Assembly (NCBI GenBank): GCA_963751455.1 | Contig: CAVVUN010000002.1 | Span: 416,001-480,000 of the forward strand | DNA length: 64,000 nucleotides | Source: Nitrospirota bacterium | GTDB lineage: Bacteria; Nitrospirota; UBA9217 | Reading direction: 5' to 3' | Made by a program: the position numbers and the translations under genes | In this document: positions 56,324 through 64,000 of the stretch, in pieces | How the letters are laid out: every line of letters begins with the position of its first letter | Position numbering within the stretch: the stretch's first letter is position 1 | The notes under the pieces: generated by a model | Database searches by the model: none | What the model was told of the DNA's origin: nothing | What the model saw: the letters and a program-made list of their open reading frames with translations, nothing else

Positions 56324-57304
56324 TCACCATCTTACCAGTGCAGACGCCCAGGTAAGACCTCCTCCAAACGCCTCAAATAAGATCAGATGGTTGTCCCTGA
56401 TCTTGCCTTCGCGAACGGCTTCATCAAGTGCCATCGGAATGGAAGCCGCGGAGGTATTGCCGTATTTCGGGAGCGTCAGCACGACTTTTTCCATGGACAT
56501 GTTAAGCCGCTGCGCCATGGCCTTGATGATCCTGAGGTTGGCCTGGTGAGGAACGAGATAATCTATGTCCTCCGGTTTTACTTTATTGTGGTCGAGCGCC
56601 TCCTGGACCACAGCTTCGAGCGACCTCACCGCAGATTTGAACGTCTCGTTGCCTTTCATCCTGATATAGTGCATTCGGTTCTGGATCGTATCGTGCGACG
56701 CCGGAGCCTGAGCACCACCCCCGGGAACATGAATCAGGTCCCCGAGCGACCCGTCGGAATGAAGATGCGTCGAAAGGATCCCGCGTTTCCCTGCGTGACG
56801 CTGGATCACAACGGCGCCCGCGCCGTCGCCGAACAGGATGCATGTGCCACGGTCCTCCCAGTCGGTAAAGCGCGACAATATTTCAGCGCCGACAAGGAGA
56901 ATGTTCTTGTATGCTTCCGATTTTATGAATGCATTTGCAACGGAAAGTCCGTAAATGAAGCCCGAACACGCGGCGGAGATGTCGAAGGCAACCGCCCTCT
57001 TCGCTCCCAGTTTTTCCTGAAGCACGCAACCCGTGCTCGGCAGGATCATGTCCGGCGTCATGGTGGCGACCAGTATCAGGTCCAGTTCATCTGCTCTGAG
57101 GCCCGCTGCTTTCAGCGCCTTCTTGGCCGCTTCATAAGCAAGATCGGAGGTTGATTGGTCCTTATCGGCGATCCTCCGTTCTTTGATGCCGGTCCGCTCG
57201 ATGATCCACTCATCACTCGTGTTGACCAGTTTTTCCAGATCATGATTCGTTATGATTTTTTTTGGGGCGTATGATCCGGTACCTGTTATCCGTGCATGGA
57301 TCAT
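56324..57304 (-). CDS. fabH: beta-ketoacyl-ACP synthase III
   Basis: AACSGF, FGDGAGA, PHQAN, GNTSAAS, FGGGLTW. Confidence 0.97.
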   Translation of the reverse strand: MIHARITGTGSYAPKKIITNHDLEKLVNTSDEWIIERTGIKERRIADKDQSTSDLAYEAAKKALKAAGLRADELDLILVATMTPDMILPSTGCVLQEKLGAKRAVAFDISAACSGFIYGLSVANAFIKSEAYKNILLVGAEILSRFTDWEDRGTCILFGDGAGAVVIQRHAGKRGILSTHLHSDGSLGDLIHVPGGGAQAPASHDTIQNRMHYIRMKGNETFKSAVRSLEAVVQEALDHNKVKPEDIDYLVPHQANLRIIKAMAQRLNMSMEKVVLTLPKYGNTSAASIPMALDEAVREGKIRDNHLILFEAFGGGLTWASALVRW

Positions 57305-58313
57305 CTTGTTTTGACGAACTCCATATTTTTTTCGATATCCTCGTGAATATGCTTGTTTACTTCGCTTTTTGCGAATTCCATGGCGACCCTGATGGCGTTC
57401 TTGATGGCCTGTCCGGACGACCGGCCGTGACTGATAATGCTTATACCGTTTATGCCGAGGAGCGGAGCGCCGCCGTATTCGGCGTAATCTATGCGGCGTT
57501 TCAGAGCGCGAAAGGCCGGCCTCATCATGAAATATCCGAGCTTTCTGACGAGATTGTCGCCGATATTTTGCCGGAGCATAAGCCCGATTGTTTCCGCGAC
57601 TGCTTCAGAGACTTTCAGCACCACATTGCCGATGAACCCGTCGCATACCACTACATCTGCCCTTCCGGACATCACGTCTTTGCCCTCGACATTGCCGATA
57701 AAATTTACCGATGTCTCTGTCAGGAGCTTAAATGCTTCTTTTGTCAGTTCATTCCCCTTCGTTTTTTCCTCTCCGATCGAGAGTAGTCCGACGCAGGGAT
57801 TCGGGTTTTTGAGCAAATACTTCGCAAAGACCTCGCCCATGATTGCGAACTGCAGGAGATGACTTGGTTTGCAATCCACATTCGCCCCGACATCCAGTAC
57901 GATGGAGGTGCCTTTCATCGTCGGCATGAATGTCGTGATTGCCGGCCTCTCAACCCCTTCAAGGGGGCCCAGCACGAACAGAGAGGTTGCCATCGCCGCG
58001 CCGGTATGGCCCGCGCTGATTACCGCTACCGCTTCTCCGCTTTTAACCAGTTCGTTGGCGACGCGAATGGAGGAATTTTTTTTTCTGCGAAAAACCGTGG
58101 ATGGCGAGTCGAGCATGTCCACGACCTCTGTGGCGTTTCGAATTTCTATGGGAAGCGTTTTAGCCAGGGGATATTTGTTGAGCTCGGCCTGTATGGTCTG
58201 TTCAATACCGACGAGTATGATTCCGACGCCGTATTCCTTGGCCGCAGTTACCGACCCGGCCACGACCGCATGCGGCGCGTTGTCCCCCCCATTGCATCAA
58301 CGGCGATTTTCAT
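57301..58313 (-). CDS. plsX: phosphate acyltransferase, with a 1-bp frameshift in a G run near the start
   Basis: MKIAVDAMGG at 58313 is out of frame with DNAPHAVVAG..; SAGHTGA, DVGAN, CDGF.GN, GGAPLLG. Confidence 0.93.
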
Positions 58314-58394
58314 ACCTGATTTTCCCACAATATAAAAGGCAAAGGGCATACCGAACAGTGCAGTATCATCCCTTTGCCTTCTCGCAAGCCTACG

Positions 58395-58577
58395 TTATAT
58401 CTGCTGAACAGTAACGACTTCACGGCCGTTGTATGTGCCGCATGACAGACAAGCATGATGGGGCTTCTTGACCTCCTGACATTGCGGGCAGACGGAGAGA
58501 TTGGGGGCCTTCAAGAACTTGTGGGTCCGCCTCTTGTCCCTGCGTGATTTCGAGGTCTTGTGTTTTGGGTTCGCCAT
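58395..58577 (-). CDS. rpmF: 50S ribosomal protein L32
   Basis: [25 protein letters not shown]. Confidence 0.97.
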   Translation of the reverse strand: MANPKHKTSKSRRDKRRTHKFLKAPNLSVCPQCQEVKKPHHACLSCGTYNGREVVTVQQI

Positions 58578-58718
58578 GTTGGTCTATTACTCCTTGCTTA
58601 TTTTTTGGTCCAACTCGTAATTCCCGCTTTGTCATTTCGAGCGAAGCGAGAAATCCTGGTTTATACGATAGACCCTTCGCTTCGCTCAGGGTAAAGATTT
58701 CTCTCTTGTGAGAAATCT

Positions 58719-59234
58719 TCATTTTTTGAACAAATCCTTGAGATCCGAGAACGGCCCGAACGCATCTTTTTTCTTACTGCTGCATTCGCACTGCGAAACA
58801 TTCAAATCAGTTCCGCATTCCGGGCAGAGCCCTTTGCAATCCGGGCTGTGGAGCGGCACCATCGGAATGGAGATCAGGATCTGTTCCTTTACGAACTGAA
58901 GCGGCTCGAGTTCGTCGCCCTGATAGAACTCCTTGTCGAGCTCGGCGCCGGCCAGTTCATGCTCCGGCTCCGCTTCCAGGGCGCTCATCGGGGTGGCCTG
59001 GATCGCAAGTTCCGTTTTGACATCATATGCGAATTTTCTCAAACACCGGCTGCACTCAAGCTGGACCGTGGAGTGAACCGTGCCGTCGATCGTGAGGTTC
59101 CCGTTTCCCGCCGGCTTGATACTAAGAACTGCTGTAAATGCCGTGGATGCTGTTCCGGTATCGAACAGATCGAGCTTTTGGTCAAGCTCCAGTGTAAGCC
59201 CTTGGGGTGGTAAATCGCTTATAGTGATACTCAT
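58719..59234 (-). CDS. yceD: DUF177/YceD protein
   Basis: ECSRCL, DCKGLCPECG; position before rpmF. Confidence 0.9.
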   Translation of the reverse strand: MSITISDLPPQGLTLELDQKLDLFDTGTASTAFTAVLSIKPAGNGNLTIDGTVHSTVQLECSRCLRKFAYDVKTELAIQATPMSALEAEPEHELAGAELDKEFYQGDELEPLQFVKEQILISIPMVPLHSPDCKGLCPECGTDLNVSQCECSSKKKDAFGPFSDLKDLFKK

Positions 59235-59264
59235 TTCGAAAGCTCCCGGGGCTGTGAGTCTCGA

Positions 59265-59293
59265 ATTATATAGAGAAGACGCCGTTTTGTCAA
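59265..59293 (-). promoter_or_regulatory. sigma70 promoter of the yceD-rpmF-fab operon
   Basis: perfect TTGACA-17-TATAAT. Confidence 0.85.
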
Positions 59294-59360
59294 GAAGAAA
59301 TACCGGAAATGCCATGTAAAGGAGGCACTCACATTACCGCTTCACGGGCAGCGACGCTTT

Positions 59361-60596
59361 TTATTCTTCCGGTCGAGCATAGCGGATATTCGGTCCGCCG
59401 CCATTCACCCTGAACAACAGCAACAGTCCAATAATGAAGAACCCCGCCACGGAAAGGATCGCCGGTCGCTGACTGCCGAAACCCGAAGAAACGAGCCCGA
59501 AAACCAGCGGGCCGAAGATCGCTGAGGATTTTCCGACCAGGGAGTATACCCCGAAATACTCCGCTTCCCTGCCTTTTTCGACGAACTGTGCGAAAAAGGC
59601 TCGCGTGCCAGCCTGTACGGTGCCCAGCCCCAGTCCGGCAACGCATGCCACGAACCAGAATTGCTGCTTGGTCTGCACAAAATAAGCGACCACCGTGATC
59701 AAAGTCCAGAGTATAAGAGATAACATTACTATTTTTTTGGGACCCCAGACATCCGTGGGTTTTGCCATAATAAAAGCGCCGATCAAAGCGGAAACCTGCA
59801 CGGTAAGAAAAAGGATGATGAGTTCCTCAGTGCCGAAACCAAGCGTCGTGGACGCAAAGATGCTCGAAAATACAATGACGGTAATGACGCCGTCTTCATA
59901 GAAAAGGTATGCAAGAAGAAATTTTCTCGAATCCCTGCGGCCCCAGAGCTCCTTGATGGTTTTCCAGGCCTGTCTGGAGCCTGTGGCGGCCGCTGCGAAT
60001 GCGGACTGCCTTGACGGATCGTCCGCTGGAAGGAATAAAAAAGCGGGAACCGAGAAGATAGCAAAAAAAGCGGCCGTAAGGAGCCACGTCAGGTCGAACA
60101 GCCCGGCTTTGACGAGGGGCAGCGCAATCAGCAACGAGCAAATCGATCCTGCATAACCGACTCCGAAACCCCAGCCGGATACGCGGCCCTGCCTGTCTTC
60201 ACCGGCAATGCGGGGCAGAAATGAATTATAAAATACCAGGCTGCCTTCCATCCCGATATTTGCGAAAACAATGAGAGCGAAACCGAGCATAACTGCGCCG
60301 GGTGTGATCAGAGAAAATCCGGCAACAACCACGATGCAGACAGCTGTATAGAGAGCAAGCAGCTTCTTCCGCAGTCCCGCGTAATCCGCAATGCCCCCCA
60401 GAAACGGCGAGGAAAGAGCGGTGAATATCATGCTGATCGATATCGCCCGCCCCCACCACAGGTCTCCTTCCCCAAAACGGTTTCCGACTATCACGCCCGC
60501 ATAATATACCGGAAAGATAACTGTAGATATCACGGCCGAGTAGCTTGAGTTGGCGAAATCAAAGAGGCACCAGCTGATTATTTGCTTTCTGTTCAT
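59361..60596 (-). CDS. MFS transporter (UMF1/BtlA-like)
   Basis: SWCLFDFANS, VFYNSFLP, GRVSGWG, EYFG.Y; 12 TM. Confidence 0.9.
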   Translation of the reverse strand: MNRKQIISWCLFDFANSSYSAVISTVIFPVYYAGVIVGNRFGEGDLWWGRAISISMIFTALSSPFLGGIADYAGLRKKLLALYTAVCIVVVAGFSLITPGAVMLGFALIVFANIGMEGSLVFYNSFLPRIAGEDRQGRVSGWGFGVGYAGSICSLLIALPLVKAGLFDLTWLLTAAFFAIFSVPAFLFLPADDPSRQSAFAAAATGSRQAWKTIKELWGRRDSRKFLLAYLFYEDGVITVIVFSSIFASTTLGFGTEELIILFLTVQVSALIGAFIMAKPTDVWGPKKIVMLSLILWTLITVVAYFVQTKQQFWFVACVAGLGLGTVQAGTRAFFAQFVEKGREAEYFGVYSLVGKSSAIFGPLVFGLVSSGFGSQRPAILSVAGFFIIGLLLLFRVNGGGPNIRYARPEE

Positions 60597-60740
60597 AAGC
60601 TATATTTGCTTGTTATATATGAAAGACCGTGATTGCGCAAGTTCGATATGGCGACAGGCCGATTTATACCCGTTTCGTTGATACCCCGAAAATACCCCGA
60701 TCTTTTTATTGACTTTATTTTCATTTTTATGATAAAAAAT

Positions 60741-60907
60741 GTAACTACTCAGGTCATTTTTTTATCCGCAGATCACGCAGATTTCGCAGATAAAAACAAA
60801 ACCTGAATTCTGGTTTTAAAATCTGCGTCCATCTGCGAAATCTGCGGATAGAAGGCTTTTTCTCCGATTTGTCTTAATGCCGTTCTGAAAAGAAGCTGAA
60901 TAGTTAC
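60741..60907. mobile_element. 167-bp MITE carrying a CGCAGAT doublet
   Basis: TIRs GTAACTACTCAG / CTGAATAGTTAC in an A-run target. Confidence 0.85.
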
Positions 60908-60982
60908 AAAAAAATAGTCAATTCTGAAATTTATTGATGCCGCCGTATCAGCGTAAATTTAAGATTATAGAAAGGAGTCACA

Positions 60983-61600
60983 TTGCGAAGATTATTCGTC
61001 GGGCTCGTTCTTTTTTTCCTGGTAACAGGCTTTTTTGTCTGCGAAGCAGGGACCGCTATCTATAAATATGTCGATAAGAACGGTATTGTCTGTTTTGCGG
61101 ATAATCTTCAGGCGGTTCCCGAGAACTACCGGAATACCGCAGTTATCATGCCCGACGAATCCAGTGATGAACCCCGGCGGAGCGCTGTCCTCCCCGCAGC
61201 AGTGAAACAAACCGACGAAGCGCCGGTTGAGGCTGAGACGAAGCACGTAGCAAGCCGTCCGCGCCCGCTCGGTACGAGAATAATGATTTCAGGTGTTGTC
61301 GTTATAACCGCTCTTCTGGCTTTCGTCAGTCTGTCAAGACTTCCCCAACTGAGGGAAAAGAAAAAAATTCTCTCCGCAATCCGGGGGGGCCTGATTGCCG
61401 TCGTATCGCTCTTTATCCTTGTCGCTCATGTGAAAGACCTTATAAACGGCGTCGGAGCTGCGCGCGGCGCTGTAGAAGACGTTCAAAACCGGTCGGCCCA
61501 GAGGGGCAAGAAGGCCGGCCAGGCGATAAAAACTCTTAACGAGCTGCTCAAGGAGCAGCAAAGCCAGGCCGGAAAGGAGCCATCCGAGAACCAGCGTTAA
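60983..61600 (+). CDS. DUF4124-like exported/membrane protein
   Basis: IYKYVDKNG.V.FADN..VPE.YR; AAGGAG RBS before TTG. Confidence 0.75.
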   Translation: MRRLFVGLVLFFLVTGFFVCEAGTAIYKYVDKNGIVCFADNLQAVPENYRNTAVIMPDESSDEPRRSAVLPAAVKQTDEAPVEAETKHVASRPRPLGTRIMISGVVVITALLAFVSLSRLPQLREKKKILSAIRGGLIAVVSLFILVAHVKDLINGVGAARGAVEDVQNRSAQRGKKAGQAIKTLNELLKEQQSQAGKEPSENQR

Positions 61601-61608
61601 AATTGTCT

Positions 61609-62997
61609 TTATGGTTCTGTTTCCGTGACCGCATGTATAGCCTTGTAGACGATACCGACCATCCGCTTGAGCTCGTAATGTGAAATCGAAAGAGGAGGCA
61701 TAAGAACAATCACGTTCCCGAGGGGCCTGATAATGAGCCCATGCCTCCGGCATTCCGCGGTCACCCGTATCCCGGTTTTTCGCGCTATAGGGTACGGTTT
61801 CCTTGTTCCTTTCTCTTCCACAAGCTCGATCCCGGCCATTAATCCTTTCTGTCTGACATCGCCCACGTGATCCAGATGTTTAAACCGCTCAAGCATCCGG
61901 GAAAGCAGCGCGGCTTTGGCCCGCACTTTAATGAGCGTCCGCTCTTTCTTAAAAATATCAAGGCTTGCAACCGCGGCTGCGCATGCGAGGGGATTGCCTG
62001 TATATGTGTGACCATGGAAAAAAGTCTTCAAGTCCTGGTGATTGCCGAGAAATCGGTTGAATATCTCATTGGTTGCAAGCGTCGCGGCAAGAGGAAGATA
62101 ACCGCCCGTAATGCCCTTTGCGATGCACATGATATCGGGAGCCACTCGTTCCTGCTCGCACGCGAACATGGTTCCGGTCCTGCCGAAACCCGTTGCGACT
62201 TCATCAATAATCATGAGCACGTTGTATCTGGTGCAGAGCTCCCGGATCTTTTTGAGATACCCGGGCGGCTGCACCAGCATGCCCGCCGCTCCCTGGACCA
62301 GGGGTTCCATGATCAGCGCCGCTGTTTCCGGGGAATGACGGCGGATCACTTCTTCCGCCTTCTCAGCACAGGCCATTTTGCAGCCGGGATAGTTTTTCCC
62401 CAGCGAACAGCGATAGCAGCAGGGGGTCTCTATTTTGTATGATTGAAAGAGCAGGGGCTGGTATATTTGGTGAAAGAGTTCTATGCCGCCGACACTGACC
62501 GACCCAAGGGTGTCGCCATGATAAGCTTCCTTGAGCGAAATGAATTTCGTTTTACGCCGGTATTCCGGCCCTCTTTGGAGCCAGTATTGAAACGCTATCT
62601 TGAGAGCTATTTCGACGGCGGTGGATCCGCTGTCGGAATAAAAGACTTTTGACAGTCCTTTTGGTGCAAGAGCGACGAGTTTTTCCGCAAGAACTACCGC
62701 AGGTACATTCGACAGCCCAAGCAGCGTCGAATGAGCGATCATCCCGAGCTGCGCGGAGACTGCTTTGTCTATTTCCCGCTTTCTGTGACCATGGACCGTC
62801 ACCCAGAGGGAAGAAACTCCGTCAATATATTTCCTTCCGTGTATATCAGTAAGAACGCTCCCCCTGCCGGATTCGATGATGAGCTGAGGTTCTTTTTCCC
62901 AGTCCTGCATCTGTGTGAACGGATGCCAGATATATTTCTTGTCCAGTTTTTCGAGACGAAGAGCCTCGCGGATTTTTCCTATACTTTTATTTGTCAA
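61609..62997 (-). CDS. bioA: adenosylmethionine-8-amino-7-oxononanoate aminotransferase
   Basis: WHPFTQM, DGVSSLW, DSGSTAVE, YHGDT, DEVATGFGRTG, AKGITGG, HGHTY. Confidence 0.96.
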   Translation of the reverse strand: MTNKSIGKIREALRLEKLDKKYIWHPFTQMQDWEKEPQLIIESGRGSVLTDIHGRKYIDGVSSLWVTVHGHRKREIDKAVSAQLGMIAHSTLLGLSNVPAVVLAEKLVALAPKGLSKVFYSDSGSTAVEIALKIAFQYWLQRGPEYRRKTKFISLKEAYHGDTLGSVSVGGIELFHQIYQPLLFQSYKIETPCCYRCSLGKNYPGCKMACAEKAEEVIRRHSPETAALIMEPLVQGAAGMLVQPPGYLKKIRELCTRYNVLMIIDEVATGFGRTGTMFACEQERVAPDIMCIAKGITGGYLPLAATLATNEIFNRFLGNHQDLKTFFHGHTYTGNPLACAAAVASLDIFKKERTLIKVRAKAALLSRMLERFKHLDHVGDVRQKGLMAGIELVEEKGTRKPYPIARKTGIRVTAECRRHGLIIRPLGNVIVLMPPLSISHYELKRMVGIVYKAIHAVTETEP

Positions 62998-63059
62998 AAC
63001 GTTCCCTTAAATTTTCCGGTGAATGACATCTTGGTGAATGACATCTTATGGTTCGCTGA

Positions 63060-63087
63060 ATTATAGGACATAGAGCTGTTTTGTCAA
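63060..63087 (-). promoter_or_regulatory. sigma70 promoter of bioA
   Basis: TTGACA-16-TATAAT. Confidence 0.75.
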
Positions 63088-63187
63088 TATAAAAAGGTCT
63101 TGAAAAGCCTGACTTACTTCTGGTAGAATACGATTTGCATTCCTTCATGATGGAATTCCGGTGAGCGCCCGAGGAGGCCTGTTCTGT

Positions 63188-64000
63188 ATGATCAACAATA
63201 AGAAATTCTATCTGTCCGCAGCTTTCATTCTCGTAGTCGGCATTTTTGTCGGGCTTGTTCTTTCGTCGCATATCGGCGTCATCAATCCTTTGCCGGCAAA
63301 AAACCAGATATCATCGAAATCGACAGATATATTATCCCAGCTGAGCGAGGCTCAATCCGAGGTGGCGGCTGTCGCCACGCCCTCCATTGTAAATATATCG
63401 ACGACAAGGGTCATCAAGTCGCACGAGGAGACAACGCCTTTTGAATTTTTCGACGATCCCTTCTTCAGGCGGTTCTTTGGAGAGCAGTTTCCTCATCCGA
63501 ACGTACCGAAGGAGCGCAAGGAGCAGAGCCTGGGATCCGGTGTAATCGTGTCAGAGGACGGGTATATCGTCACCAACAACCATGTCATCGAGAAGTCGCA
63601 GGAAATTAAAGTGCTGCTTTCGAACAAAAGGGACTACAGGGCAAAACTGATCGGCGCGGACCCCAAGACGGACATCGCTGTCATCAAGATCGAGGCGCAC
63701 GGTCTTCCTGCGCTTTCCTGGGGTGATTCCAACAAGCTGAAGGTCGGCGAAATCGTATTTGCGATCGGGAACCCGTTCGGATTGAACCAGACAGTGACCA
63801 TGGGCGGCATCAGTGCGGTCGGTCGCGCGAATGTCGGTATTGCCGATTATGAGGATTTTATCCAGACGGATGCTGCAATCAATCCCGGTAATTCCGGCGG
63901 AGCGCTGGTGAATGCCCGGGGCGAACTTATCGGCATCAATACGGCCATCCTGTCCAGAACGGGCGGATATCAGGGAATCGGCTTCGCCGTACCAAGCAGC
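63188..64000 (+). CDS. DegP/HtrA serine protease (runs off the window)
   Basis: manual translation: [44 protein letters not shown]. Confidence 0.95.
   Translation, partial: MINNKKFYLSAAFILVVGIFVGLVLSSHIGVINPLPAKNQISSKSTDILSQLSEAQSEVAAVATPSIVNISTTRVIKSHEETTPFEFFDDPFFRRFFGEQFPHPNVPKERKEQSLGSGVIVSEDGYIVTNNHVIEKSQEIKVLLSNKRDYRAKLIGADPKTDIAVIKIEAHGLPALSWGDSNKLKVGEIVFAIGNPFGLNQTVTMGGISAVGRANVGIADYEDFIQTDAAINPGNSGGALVNARGELIGINTAILSRTGGYQGIGFAVPSS

Overview
This is a 64 kb bacterial chromosomal window. The gene content suggests an anaerobe of Nitrospirota or deltaproteobacterial type (inference). The flanks are housekeeping: pyk, rsmI, nadE, larC/larB and gpsA on the left; AOR, a diguanylate cyclase, purN/purM, a yceD-rpmF-plsX-fabH-(bcd-etfBA)-fabD-fabG-acpP-fabF-rnc operon, bioA and a partial degP-like gene on the right. 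Between them lies a sedentary integron at about 14.2-32.7 kb. Its IntI-type integrase is interrupted by a structured, in-frame 108-bp insert. It has a divergent cassette array with about 8 short attC sites, two TA cassettes, Y1-transposase remnants and two group IIC-attC introns. One of these introns hosts a second group II intron inserted directly after its branch-point A. Top observations: (1) a cassette whose YARHG and propeller/ankyrin ORFs are one reading frame broken by a single TGA in a G-C-TGA-G context, followed by a SECIS-like hairpin (candidate 1120-aa mobile selenoprotein); (2) the branch-point twintron; (3) a receiver-LpxC fusion; (4) a bifurcating-type Bcd-Etf embedded in the fatty-acid synthesis operon; (5) small nuclease genes (GxxExxY, GIY-YIG) bracketed by inverted repeats that also occur as empty copies across the window, several carried inside MITEs. 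No rRNA, tRNA or CRISPR array was seen. All family assignments are by eye from motifs, not database searches.
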